Positions 13,151 through 27,145 of a stretch of 64,000 bases of DNA are shown piece after piece. The position numbers were made by a program, and so were the translations under genes. The stretch is from Octopus sinensis (lineage: Eukaryota): NCBI RefSeq assembly GCF_006345805.1, contig NC_042998.1:79422001-79486000 (forward strand). The letters run 5' to 3'. The first letter of the stretch is position 1. Every line of letters begins with the position of its first letter. The notes under the pieces are model-generated. The model saw nothing but the letters and a program-made list of their open reading frames with translations, made no database searches and had not been told where the DNA came from.

Positions 13151-13789
13151 ACAAAAGAAGAAAAAAATTACCATCCTGAAATACAACAATATCGGTTTCA
13201 ACACACGATTTCATATCAGGAATTTTGCAACATAAATTGATAACCGTGTGTGTGTATGTATGAGTGTGTGTGTCTGTGTGTAGTTTATTTAACTATTCCT
13301 TTCTAACTATCTGTCTTGCCCCTTTCTCATCCGTCTATCCAGCCTCCATTTGTTCGCTGCGGCTATGTTTATAATGAATCTATACCACGCATTCCACTGA
13401 ATATCTTGATAAGTAACAACGATAGAGCTACAGGACGTAGACTAAACTTACGAAAAAAAAGAAACCGTAATAGCAGATGTCGATCTTCTCTACACATGCC
13501 TCCTCTATATGGTTGTTAAGACTGTTTTTGATTATTTGTTTGCTTATTTAAAAGCGCAGAGATGTCCAAATATATTTATGGATTTATTCTATTTAGCTGC
13601 CACTTTTGAATTTTTTTTTTATTTCTGTTCCATTTGATTTCATGTTTGGTTTTATAATGTAGTTTTAAATGCTAATCGATGCCATGGAATTCACGTTCGC
13701 TATAAATCAATAAAGAGTTAATAGCTTTTAAAGTTTGCTGGTTTTGAGTAATAATTATGTGAACGTGTCCTCATGTAAACACATGTTCA

Positions 13790-14383
13790 AGTGTGTGTGA
13801 GTGTGTGTGTATGTGTGTACGTGTGTGTGTGTATGTGTGTGTGTGTTGCGCCCCATCTGAAAGTACTAGTAGTCAATGTCATGCATTTATACGCTTGTTT
13901 GTTCTGTGTATTTGTGTTGTGTGTCTGTTTGCATCTTTTTGTATATATGTATGTGTACGTGCATGTGTATCTATGTGTGTGTGGGTACGAGTGTGTTACT
14001 TTGTATGCATTCGAAACAGCTGGTAACCAATTCCAAATGTGTGTGCATGTGCTTGTGTGCGTGCGAGCTTGCGGGCGTGTGTGTATGTGTGTGTATGTGT
14101 GTGTGTGTGTGTATGTATGTGTGTATGTGTGTGTGTGCGTGTGTGTGTGCGTGTGTGTGTGCGTGTGTGTGTGCGAGCGAGCGAGTGTGTGACTGTGTGT
14201 ATTCGACACAGCTGGTGACCAATTCTGAATATGAGTGTGTATATATGAGTGTGTGTGAGAGAGCGAGAGAGAGAGACGAAGTGAGAGAGAGAAAGAAGTG
14301 TGAGAGAGAAAGAGAGAGAGGTAGTGTGAGAGAAAGAGAGAGACAGAAAGAGAGAGAGGAAGTGTGTGAGAGAATGAGGGAGT

Positions 14384-14420
<37 letters not shown>
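13790..14420. repeat. compound (TG)n/(GA)n low-complexity tract
   Basis: direct inspection. Confidence 0.9.
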
Positions 14421-14421
<1 letters not shown>

Positions 14422-14701
14422 TTGTGGTTAAGCAATGTTATTTTTATGCGAATGCTTCCGTATGCATGTATACATGCATATGTCTGTGTCCACGTACGCG
14501 CGCACCCGACGGGGTGCGTGTTTTCAGTCAAGGTCAGTTCTTTAAAAAGATGGAATATTTTGCCGCGAGGAGACTCCTTGCTTACATTCTCCAATGAAAC
14601 TTTAAAATATTTCTTCTCCCTGTGTAATATCACACTTCTTTCGTCGAAGGTGACTAAGGATCGATATTATGGTTCAAACATGAGCTCCTATCTTTGAATA
14701 T

Positions 14702-15275
14702 ATACTAGGGGGTCCCTAGCTTTGGATAACAGAAAATATAGGCGGATGAGTTAATTACGATTTTATTTAACATATTACCCTCTCAGATTCACAGTTATTG
14801 CAGCGGTTCTTCAGTTTTTCTAAGCTCTGTAAAACGAAGTCGGAAAGTCGGGCATCCAACCAGGCCTCTGTAGCAGCAATCACCCGCGAATAGGAGTGAA
14901 ATTTCGTTCCTTTGAGATGTGTCTTCAGTTGTGGAAAGAGGTGACAATCAGAAGGAGCTAAGTCAGGAGAGTAAGGCGAGTAGTCTACCGATTCGAAGCC
15001 AAAGCCGTGTATTTTCCTTATAGTTTCATGTGCTATATGTGCTAGTGCATTGCAAAAGCAGGACACCATGGCTCAGCTTTCCACAGCATTTCTGCTTTTA
15101 TTGCAGATATTTTGAGGAACACTGCGTCTTTGTCCCAGAACACTGATGCCAGAATCTTTCCAGCTGACTTCTGGGACCGAGACTTCGTAGATAAGAGATT
15201 AGTCAGGATAAAACATCTGTTATGCCCATACATATCCACGGAAAGAGTTGGATTCTGCACAGTAAACTAATGAAG
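14702..15275 (-). mobile_element. mariner transposon 3' fragment (transposase pseudogene)
   Basis: KSAGKILASVFWDKD and YSPYSPDLAPSDCHLFPQLKTHLKGTKF motifs; degenerate TIR near 14702. Confidence 0.9.
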
Positions 15276-15287
15276 CATTCGTCCAGG

Positions 15288-15960
<673 letters not shown>

Positions 15961-16311
15961 ATAGCCATTCGGTGCTTAAAGAAATCCTATTATATTTCCA
16001 TAATCAAATATTATAAGGAATTGTATGAATGAAAGTGTTAAAATATTTTGTGTAGTGTTGAAGTGTAATCAATTTATTGAAGATAAATACTTAACAACAA
16101 AATCTTATATGGAACCCCAAGGATCACATGGAGCGCGGTTGAAAAACACTGGACTAAACCCGTCAAAGCGTAAAGGGTCCTTCTTTGGCTGGCAAGCGGT
16201 GATTTACTTGATAATTCTGGATACTGTAAAAAAAGGGTACCAAATGGTTAGGATACCAAATGGTTAGGCGGATACCATAAAGCAGATGCCATAAAGAATG
16301 GAGAAGGATCA

Positions 16312-16720
16312 GTCGTGGTTGTGTGGTAAGAAGCTTGCTTCCCAACCACATGGTTCCGGGTTTAGTCTTATTACATGGCACCTTGGGCAAGTGTCTTCTA
16401 CTATAACCTCGGGCCGACCAAAGCCTTATGAGTGGATTTAGTAGACGGAAACTGAAGGAAGCCCGTCGTTTATATATATGTGTGTATGTGTGTGTGTGTC
16501 TGTGGCTTTGTGATTGAGCTTGTCCCCAACCCCACCATCGCTTGACAACCGTTGTTGGTGCGTTTACGTCCCTGTAACGAAGCGGTTCGGCAAAAGACAC
16601 CGATAGATTAAGTACCAGGCTTACAAAGAATAACTCCTGGGACCGATTTCTTCGACTAAAAAGGCTGTACACCAGCATAGCCGCAGTCGAATGATTGAAA
16701 CAAATAAAAGAATAAACGAA
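16312..16720 (+). mobile_element. SINE family B
   Basis: similar to 7638-8104. Confidence 0.85.
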
Positions 16721-16779
16721 TAAAAAGGCCACAGCTTGTGAACTGAAACTAGTTCAGTTCAATTCATATGTGTGAGTGT

Positions 16780-16837
<58 letters not shown>

Positions 16838-16869
16838 ATGTATGTATGTATGTATGTATGTGTGTATAT

Positions 16870-17050
16870 ATTTGTGTCTTTGTGTCTGTGTTTACGTGTC
16901 CGTAACTTAGCTGTTCGGCAAAAGAGACCGATCGAATAAGTACTAAGTTTACAATGAATAGGTCCTGGGGTCGAATGTTCGACCAAGGTGGTGCTCCAGT
17001 ATGGTCACAGCCAAATGACTGAAACAAGTAAAAGAATAAAAGAATTAAAG
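16870..17050 (+). mobile_element. SINE family B, 3' half
   Basis: cgtaacttagctgttcggcaaaagagaccgat...ggtggtgctccagtatggtcacagcc. Confidence 0.8.
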
Positions 17051-17440
17051 AACAGGAAAATTTAATATAATTTTATTCAACATATCCCCTTCTCAGGGTT
17101 CACACAGTTATTGCAGAGGTTCTTCAGTTTTTCTATAAAAAAAAAAAGAAGAACTCGGAAGGTTGAGCATCCAACCAGGCCTCTCTCTGTAGCAGCGATC
17201 ACTTTCGAAACGGAGTGAAATTTCGTTCCCTTAAAATGTTTCTTAAGTTTTGGAAAGAGGTGATAATCAGAGAGAGCCAAGTCAGGAGAGTAAGGTGGGT
17301 AGTCTACCGATTCGAAGCCAAAGTCGCGTATTTACCGTAAAATTTCATGTGCTGTATGTGCTGGTGCATTGTCCTGCAAAAGCAGGACACCATTGACTCA
17401 GCTTTCCACGACGTTTCTGTTTTACTGAGGGATTTTTGAT
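17050..17440 (-). mobile_element. second mariner 3' fragment of the same family
   Basis: LSDYHLFPKLKKHFKGTKF; aligns to 14760-15100. Confidence 0.85.
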
Positions 17441-17759
17441 TTGTTTATTCATTTATTTACAATAAAAGAAAATCCTGAATAACATTTCAGATAACAAAGA
17501 TCAAAAGCTAAGAATGTTTCCTGCTTGTTTTTAACAAAGAGCAAGTCGAAAATATGAATAATAGCCATATTATGAGACCACATGTAAAAAAAAGTGTCAG
17601 ATTTCGATCATTTAAGCCCATAAAAAATAACCGGTCTAGACAGTATTCCTACTTTATACTTTACACTATTCCTCTTTCGCGCCTGCTCTCGCTTTCTCTT
17701 TCTCTCATTTTCTCTCATTTTCCATCTTTCTTTATCTTTCTATTTTGTTCTCTATTTCA

Positions 17760-17794
17760 CTCTCTCTCTTTCTCTCTCTCTCTCTCTTTCCCTG

Positions 17795-17857
<63 letters not shown>

Positions 17858-17969
17858 CCTCTCCGTCACTCTCCCCCTATTTCTTTCTTCTCTCATATTA
17901 TATATATATATTAATGCATACACACACACACACACATATATACATACAATACATACATACATACATAAC

Positions 17970-18015
<46 letters not shown>

Positions 18016-18410
18016 CATACATACATACATAATATATATATATAATATATATATATATATACATATATAAATAAATATACATATAAATATTTCTATTTAT
18101 AAAAATATACATATAGATATTTATATGTATATATATTATATATGTATATATGTATATATATATATATATAATATATATATAATATATGTATATATATATA
18201 TATGCATGTATGTATATATATATATATGCATGCATGTAAGTATATGTATATATCTTTTTATTTTTACGTGCAGGTATATATATAAAAATATACATAGAAA
18301 TATTTATATGTATATATATTTATATATGTATATATGTATATATATATGTATATATATATTGTAGGTATGTATGTATGTATGTATATATGTGTTGTGTGTG
18401 TGTGTATGCA

Positions 18411-18455
<45 letters not shown>

Positions 18456-18563
18456 GTAAAAATAAATATGTATATACATATACTTACAAACATGCATATA
18501 TATATATACGTATATACTTTTTATTTTTACGTGTATGTATATATATAAAAATATACATCGAAA

Positions 18564-18598
<35 letters not shown>

Positions 18599-18600
18599 TC
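17760..18600. repeat. compound TA/TACA tract with internal direct and inverted blocks
   Basis: direct inspection. Confidence 0.9.
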
Positions 18601-18803
18601 TTTTACTCTTTTACTTGTTTCAGTCATTTGACTGCGGCCATGCTGCAGCACCGCCTTTAGTCGAGTAAATCGACCCCGGGATAAGCCCAGTACTTATTCT
18701 ATCGGTCTCTTTTGCCGAACCGCTAGGTGACGGGGACGTAAACACACTAGCATCGGTTGTCAAGCAATGCTAAGGGGACAAACACAGACACACACACAAA
18801 CAC

Positions 18804-18841
<38 letters not shown>

Positions 18842-19036
18842 GTATATATATATATATATATATACATATATACGACAGGCTTCTTTCAGTTTCCGTCTAC
18901 CAAATCCTCTCACGAGGCATTGGTCGGCCCGGGGCTATAGCAGAAGACACTTGCCCAAGATGCCACGCAGTGGGACTGAACCCGGAACCATGTGGTTGGT
19001 TAGCAAGCTACTTACCACACAGCCACTCCTGCGCCT
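18597..19036 (-). mobile_element. SINE family B, full length
   Basis: reverse complement of consensus. Confidence 0.9.
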
Positions 19037-19141
19037 ATATATGCATTGTCTTCTTGCGTTCTTGTTCCATTTTTTATATTATATATATATATATTACATA
19101 TATAATATTAATATATATTTGTATATACATATGTAAATATA

Positions 19142-19172
<31 letters not shown>

Positions 19173-19248
19173 TTATTTATACATATATATATAATTATAT
19201 AGTGATAGATAGATAGACAGACAGACAGACAGATAGACAGATAGATAT

Positions 19249-19339
<91 letters not shown>

Positions 19340-20543
19340 TGTTTCTTTATTAGCCACACAGGGCTGCATACAGACGGGACAGATTACAAAGTAGAGCTTA
19401 TCTTTTTTTGGAGAAAAAAAAGTGGGGTAGGTTTTCGACCCTAGCGCATGACTGTGTACCCACATCCCCAAGAAAGACATTTCATATTTCCTGCACTAAC
19501 AACCAGCCTGCCGTGCGCACTTCCAAACCTGAAAGATTATGATGTTCTGCTACCTCTTCAGTGCCAAGATTAATTAAACATTTGTTCGTTTTCTTACGTC
19601 ATACAATAATTGTTGCTTGCGCTTGAAAACCTCGTGAAAGCCAAGCTGTTACTCACGATATCAGCAAAGTCATTGACTCTGTTGATGCAATAAATATCTA
19701 GTGAAACTGCTCCGTTATGGGCTCTGTCTATCCAAGCCGTTTCTTATCTCTCTCATACGAAGTTTTTCTAGAGAAATAAAAATAGTTTTCTATAAAAATA
19801 GAAAAGCTTACCTTCTCAAACTCTTCTGACGTCAATGACTTACTGCTAGTTAATCTTTTGGAAATGTTATTACAATTCACTCTTCTTATAAGTATTTGCA
19901 AACGTGAATCATGTATGTGGAACGTAATAGACTTCACCAGACATGCATAAATTCACTGAAATCTTTTTATCAATAAGAATCCTATTACTTTGTTTTATTC
20001 AACAGCCCCAAAGCACAACCGTTGTGTATATCGAAGAATGTTCGGCCACAACTTTTCGTAAATACGGATTCCAAACATTAACACAATGCCTCGTATATTT
20101 GGGGTGAAATGTTATAGCCAATTGATCTTCCATACTTTATATAATCTTTATTACCAATGGCTCGTCTAAAATACTTAGACACTTGTTATAAAACAGTCCA
20201 GTAAAAAAATATTCTTATTATATCAATTTTTAAATGAACCCCTCCCCCGCCCCACCATACTACCATACACACACCTCCCCTTCTGCTTATCTCCGTATGT
20301 GGATATTCTCCTAGACATGCACACGTCACCCCACCTCCTCCCTTCCGAACTCCCCCCCCATAAAACTGCATTCCCATCTCAACCCCTAACCCTTTTCTCT
20401 TCTTTTCCCCAATCACCTTTTCACAGTCTTCTATTTTCCTGGTAAAGGACTCGTGTCCGAAGCGCCAAGACTCTTCCCCTTTCTTTTAAGCCTTAATACA
20501 ACATTTGTCCCGCCTGCATTGTCTTCTTTTTGTATTCATTGTC

Positions 20544-20585
<42 letters not shown>

Positions 20586-21232
20586 TGCGTGTGTGTACAC
20601 GCGCGCGTGTGCGTGTGTACGTGTGCGTGAGAGTGTATCTACATTTGTACGTGTATTGTAATCATGGAGAGTTACTGATGAGACTGGAATTATCTCACTA
20701 TACTTGACACAAAATATATAAATATACAGCTGCATTTATTTTAAGAGAAACACTGAAAGAAATTATAACTTAGGTAGACTGAATTTGTGATGACTGAAAT
20801 ATTTCGGGCATAGACACAGTACTAGCTGCTGATGACATAATCCGAACTGTCGGTCCTTCTCCGATAGGTATATCGACTCTGTCATCCATATGCAACCCTA
20901 CAACATAACTTTACGCTTGCTTTTAACTTATATGTTTCTATAATTGTGTCTGAGTGTCTATGTGAATAATGTGTATATAATTATGTATTTATAATGTACT
21001 TAAATCGTCCTCCACCGACCCAAATACATCTGTAGCTCAAAACGATAGGTCCAGTTCAATTAAACTGTATGTGTGTATTTTTGCATACTAAGAAAGGTGA
21101 ATCCACGTTTGTACAAGTTTTCTTGTGCGACTGACTAACTCGATCATAGTAGTGAAGCTGGTAATGCTGATTGTAGTGTTGATAATGAGAGTTGTGATGG
21201 CGGACTGGTGGCGAGGGTTTGTAATGGCTAAT

Positions 21233-21310
21233 GCTAGCAGAATCGTTAGCATACTGGGCAAAATGCTTAGCCACATTTCGTCCATCTTTACGTTCGAGTT
21301 CAAATCGACC
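21233..21310 (+). mobile_element. SINE family A, 5' fragment
   Basis: gctagcagaatcgttagcatactgggcaaaatgcttagc...gagttcaaat. Confidence 0.7.
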
Positions 21311-21364
21311 TACTCCCTCCCTCTAACTTGTTGGCCGCAGCCAACCTATTGACTGACTGCATAG

Positions 21365-21923
21365 TAGCGTCCGACATCCACTGCTTCGGACTCACCGCAG
21401 CTGATACACATCAACAATTGTCCATCATCGTAGACAACACCTACTTTTCTTTCCATGATAACACATAGAAGCAGACAACAAGTCTTCTCATGGGATCCAG
21501 TCTCTCGGGATTACTGGCCATTATCTATATGAAACACCTGGAACATCGAGCACTCAACATCGCCTTCTTCACCAGGTACGTAGATTACATCCTCTTGCTT
21601 ACATCAACAACATGAATATACTGTTCACTATACAACATCCCGACAGCACTGGATCCCTATCGCTTCTCGACTTCCTATTGAAAATAATGGAAGGAGTGAT
21701 CCACACCGAATTCTACAGGAAAGCAACCAGTAGAGATATGTTGGTTCACTGCAATTCAGCCCTTCCTCTCGATGTCAAAATAGGATGCGCCAGAAATGAG
21801 CTTACACGCATCCAGGGCAAGTGCAACAGGACAGAGGAAATAGTGACCCACACCACACGCTTCCTAGAGATATTGAAAACCAACACGTACCCAATATCTA
21901 TTGTCAATCGGCTTAAGTATCCG

Positions 21924-21925
<2 letters not shown>
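21365..21925 (+). mobile_element. Penelope-like RT/thumb fragment
   Basis: LLMGSSLSGLLAIIYM, FTRYVDYILL, SLLDFLL..TEFYRKAT..VHCNSALP; ends at (ATT)n. Confidence 0.85.
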
Positions 21926-22001
<76 letters not shown>

Positions 22002-25000
22002 TTTAAAAGAATGGACGTAACTCTTCGCAAAGGTAAACAGTCAAGACGAAGAGCGCGATTTGATTGTAATAGATATTTTATTGTTTGAACGATATTTCAA
22101 CAATAAGTCTGTCTTTGTCAAATTCATAATAAGAATTGATAAAAATTCAAAATTATAGAAATTTAAACGTAAAGTTTGAACGAGAGCAACAAGCGTCCAC
22201 ACGTTGATGGAATGACAGAAGTCACTCACTTTCTATCACCCACCCAGAAATGGATTACCCCTAGAAAGACGAGTAAGAATTATAACTTCTCACATGAACA
22301 TTCAGGACAAATTTTATCACCCTGTAGGTTCCGTGTTTTAAGTGAAGATTTCTAGTAAAGCCCAAAAGTTAGTCAGGAATCTAATGAGAGTAAGACTCTG
22401 AAAACCACTTGCCCGAGAAAAACCATCACACTAGAGAATAAGTCGGTTATAAATTTATCTAAATTAAAACTTTCGCCCGACGATCTCTCAAACTTAGAGC
22501 TTGGACTGAGTTTTTGCCCAAGCACTAAGAATTTCGACAAGAATAAACTAGGATTAATTCAGTTTGTCCGCCGTCACAAGCTTAAAGAATATGTTTTCGA
22601 AAAAACTGGTAACGAGGAGTCAGAAAACCCTATGCTTACTGAAAAAAAAAATGATGATGATCGAATGTAGCATAATTGGATTGAAAAGAATCCCAATTGG
22701 TATCTAGATAAAGTTCGGGATGGACATTCACAAGCACTACTGGATATTCTTAAATCTTGTCAGGCAGACATTAGAGAAAGCCTTAAAACAAGTGGAAAGA
22801 AGTCCTGGAATAACCTCACAAATTCCCAACGTTATGCACTCCGATGTCTAGCTAATAACGATTCTATTGTTATTAAGATGGCGGATAATGAGGGCACTAT
22901 CGTAATTATGGACAAAAGTGAGTATATTTGAGCATGTGAAGAAGTTTTAAATTACTAAACTTCATATGAAGAGTTACCTGTCGATCCAAACCCCAATTAC
23001 AGAGAGGAACTTGACAAAATAATTCTGGAAATGGAGGAAATCAATTTTGTTTATAAGACCGAATCTAAGATTTTACGGTCAGAAAGAAGAATTCCTGTAT
23101 TTTATGGTCTTCCTAAGATGCACAAAGAGTTCGAAAGATTTTCTCCAATGCACTCAGTTTGCAGCGGATATGAATGTTGTACGTCCAAAATTTCGAAATG
23201 GCTGGATGGTTTTCTTCTCCCCGTCGCAAAACGATCAAGTTCCTATATTCGGGATACCTTTGATTTTGTATCTAAAATCAACTTTTTTAAGCACCGAGGC
23301 CGTGTCGAGAACTGTTTGTCTTTTTGTTTTTTTGGGGGGGGTGTAACTATGGATGTTTCTTCCTTATATCCAACTATTGACCACAATGAAGGGGTAGAAG
23401 CATGCATGGATGCCTTCGAAAAGCGGTCAAACAAAAATATTCCATCAAAGTTTCTCTGTAGATTATTGAGGTTTGTATTAATTAGAAAGTAACACAATGA
23501 AGTTTAGACAAAGATTTAACCACCAGACGAAGGGTTGCGCCAAGGCAGTTAATTTCGCTAATGTCTTCATAACGAAATTCGAGACACAGTTACTTAAGAC
23601 ATTCAAATCCCTTCATGGTCATGAACCAGTACTCTGGTTACGGTTCATGATGACGTATTTTTGTCTGGGAAGGATCACAGGATAGTTTAATTGACTTCTT
23701 GCATTTCTGTGACTGCTATGCTAGAAACTATGGCTTTAAGTCCAACATAAAATTTACGTCTAGTTTTTTTAAAAACTAGCGTTGAATTTTTGGACACAAA
23801 AGTAAAGTTTTCTGGAGGCAGAATAGTGACAAAGTTATTCTGCAAGCCCACGTCATCCCACATTTATCTCCACCACCGCTCCGATCATCCACATCATCTT
23901 ATTCGGTCAAATCTGAAATCCCAATTTTTGAGGATAGAACGGATTTGTATTACTGGAAACATGCAAATGCTTTTGTATATCATTATGTCAAACGCGGTTA
24001 CAGTGAATCACGATTAAAGAAAATAGCGAATGAAATAGCTAAGATTAGCAAAGATAGTCAAACCTTCATGCATAATTTTAGTAAACACAATACAATAGAT
24101 GACAGAATTCCTTTAGTGATTAGCTGACACCGACATTCGCTGGCATTTCAAAAGTATTGCACGAAAGTTACCAGCATGTAGCGAAAAATTATCCTCGTTT
24201 CAAACAGATATTTCCTCAGCCGCCTATTGTGGCCTTTAGGCGGAATAAGAATATAAGAGAATTATTGACCTCTATTTCTGACTCCAAGAAAACGAACATT
24301 GGAGTATATGCACGCTGTACCTTAAAGAACAGCCGCAAGAGAGGTAAGCCCTGTTCCTTGCGCAACAACATGAGTGAAGTGAATTCCATCAGAAATAACA
24401 GAAATGTTATGGTTTATACAGAAGGTGAAACATGTAAAGATTCCCATTTGGTGTACGCTGCAGAATGCACGAAAACACTTGATTTATGCTGGTTGCACAG
24501 CAGAACAATTAAACAAAAGGTTTAATGGGCGCAGATTCGACGTCAGGCATAATTACAGTAGTTCGACAGAACTTGCCGAACATTTCGTTTCAAGCAGCTG
24601 CAATTTTGAAGAAAACTTGAAAGTGCATATTCTCAGAAAATATTCTGAATCTGCTTCACTTTCACTTTTTCAGAATGTATGAGGAGAAATATGTTTGCGG
24701 TTTAATAACATCACGCCCTGGAGGAATGAATAAGATGACAGGAGAACATTATCAAATTTATACAAAACTGTTTGATTAAATATTTTTCTTCTCTTTTTTC
24801 TTTCCTTTTTTCTGTCGTCTTCTTTTTTCTATTTTTTTTTCTGTCTTTTTCTTTTCGCCTGTTATAAAATTGTAAATTAAAAACTGATGATGTCATTCCA
24901 TCAACGTATGGATGTTGGTTGCTCTCGTTCATACTTTACGTTTATATTTCTATAATTTTGAATTTTTATCACTTCTTATTTTGAACTTGACAAAGACAGA

Positions 25001-25058
25001 CTTACTGTTGAAATGCCGTTCAACCAATAAAATATCGAATCTCGCTCTTCGTTTTGAA
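22002..25058 (+). mobile_element. near full-length Penelope-like element (RT, Cys-rich linker, GIY-YIG) with inverted pseudo-LTRs; frameshifted
   Basis: VINLSK..LGLSFCP; FYGLPKMHK; MDVSSLYPTIDH; KPTSSHIYLHHRSDHP; PIVAFRR; LVYAAEC..IYAGCT..NKRFNG..LAEHF; 22041-22217 inverted to 24891-25058; (ATT)n on both sides. Confidence 0.92.
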
Positions 25059-25059
25059 T

Positions 25060-25148
25060 ACTACTATTGTTATTATTATTATTATATTATTATTATATTA
25101 TTATTATTATATTATTATTATTACTACTACTACTACTACTACTACAAC

Positions 25149-25200
<52 letters not shown>

Positions 25201-25205
25201 ATTAC

Positions 25206-25253
<48 letters not shown>

Positions 25254-25276
25254 TACTATTATTACTACTATTATTA

Positions 25277-25310
<34 letters not shown>
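25060..25310. repeat. (ATT)n/(ACT)n microsatellite
   Basis: direct inspection. Confidence 0.95.
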
Positions 25311-25312
<2 letters not shown>

Positions 25313-25774
25313 GTTAGTCTCAGAACAGCCTTCATCAAGCTCAAAAGCATTCTAGCTGTTGGAATTATATATATATAATGTAAACAGCAGATTGCAATGT
25401 TTCACCAAACATGATATTTTATGACACTAGACTCTGAACGAAAATAATTGAACTGCCCGGTGTCAAAAAATATCATTCGTAGCAGACATTCTCTCGACAT
25501 CGTTCACACACGCCTGACTTGAGTTCAGAAGTTACAACCCGAGTTGTTATCTATAATCGTAAAAATTAAAAGTGATTTATATTCAATATTTTTTGGAAGC
25601 TATAAATTTCTATAAAGATTAGGATTTAAATTTCAATCTATGAAAATTTTCCGTACTACAAAATACCTAAAGGAACGAAATATTATCCAGCAACTCGGGC
25701 TAATATGAACGAACCTGATAGATGTAAAAGACTAATTGGCATCTTTTGTCAAGAGTACAGGCGATAGTCAGATC

Positions 25775-25934
25775 CACTAGCGTAGCTAGAGTGTGTGCCG
25801 CCACCTGACTCCACAAAAAACACATTGCCTACAGTAGACCCAAAAGTGGTGTCCCTTTAAAAGTGGTACCCCTTTAAAAGTGCTGCCCAGGGCGGACCGC
25901 CCCTTCCGCCACCACCACCCCAGCTACGCTAGTA
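25775..25934. mobile_element. hAT-type MITE
   Basis: TIR cactagcgtagct / agctacgctagta; 8 bp TSD gtcagatc / gtcggatc with one mismatch. Confidence 0.8.
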
Positions 25935-26079
25935 GTCGGATCGCTGGTGCTTGTTGTGCACTCCACTGTCGTTATATGATTGATGTTATTCTGTACGTCT
26001 GTGAGTAAAGATCAGCTGAGTTTTGTTGGATTGCTTTATTTTTACCCTTAGAAATGGGGAAAGGTCACTTTAGATAAAA

Positions 26080-26500
26080 ACCTTTAACTCTGCAACACTG
26101 TATATAAATGCTCTACTTCAAAATCTGCTGGATCTCACTCATAAGGGAATCTTACATTGCTTATAAACTCTATATTTGGAAGGACTCATTTTAAACTCTG
26201 TTGGACTTTTGGACTTTACTCATAGGATAGTGGAATATTGCATATATACCATTATGCCTTAAAAAAATGAATTTACAACTTCAATACCCATACATATCTT
26301 GCATCTATTTTCTTTCCTCCACCTCACTCTCTATTTTGTATCACATCTAAACTAACTATGACTTAACTATACTCTCACACCGTCTCCGATGGAGAGATAT
26401 AATTAATAAATATCCTGGAAACAGCTGTAAGACTTTCTATCTATAAATGCTCTAGTATCTACACAGCCTTGGTTCTTTATCTTATTACGCAAAAAATTCT
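26080..26500 (+). mobile_element. PLE 3' terminus with a degenerate hammerhead motif at 26382-26433
   Basis: gtct-CCGATGG-agagata..tatcctg-GAAAC-AGCT-GTA-agac. Confidence 0.6.
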
Positions 26501-26819
26501 TGTGTGTGTGTGTGTGTACAAAAGAAATTTTAATTAAAACTTTATTGTAAGTTGTATTTTGTATTCACTTGTTATTTAGTTACGCCCCACTCTGAACTAA
26601 TCCGCGCCTCATCAAAATACTGTCACGCCCTCACCTTAAAAAGCAGCGACTGTCGTGATCGAGCACACATCTGATTAAACGGATTCCAACCATGACTCTC
26701 TAATCCTGCTTTTAAATGTAACCTACTGTAGGTAGCATTATTCAATGTCCTTTTTAAAGATCGTAAGGCTTGGTTTGAGAAAGATTTTTGCTGGTCGCGT
26801 GGCCCTGAATAGGGAGATT

Positions 26820-27145
26820 GTGGTTGATGATGGTTAGTGTTTATGATGGTAGTGTTGTTGGTGTTGGTGGTGATGATAGTAATGATAGTGGTGGTGGTGG
26901 TGGTGGTGGTGGTGGTGGTGGTGGTGGTGGTGGTGGTAGTGGTGGTGGTGGTGGTGGCGGCGGCGGCGTTTGTGGTGTAGTGGGGGTGGCGTTTGTGGTG
27001 GTGGCGGTTTGGGGAGTGATTGGTGGTAGGGGCAAAGGAGGGGTGGTGATCGTGTTGAGGAAGGGGATGTTCCGAGGGTGGTAGGGGGCAAATGAGAGGT
27101 GGTGATCGTGTTGAGGAAGGGGGTGTTCCGAGGGTGGTAGGATGC
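26820..27145. repeat. (GGT)n tract plus two copies of a G-rich unit of about 55 bp
   Basis: ggtggtgatcgtgttgaggaagggg..gttccgagggtggtagg occurs twice. Confidence 0.85.

Noticed and set aside
24884-24930. CTGATGA at the start of the PLE 3' pseudo-LTR as a hammerhead
   Set aside because: No GAAA or stem III in either pLTR copy, so no ribozyme call
25315-25450. RTAFIKLKSIL, an RTE-like peptide
   Set aside because: Too short and decayed to annotate with confidence
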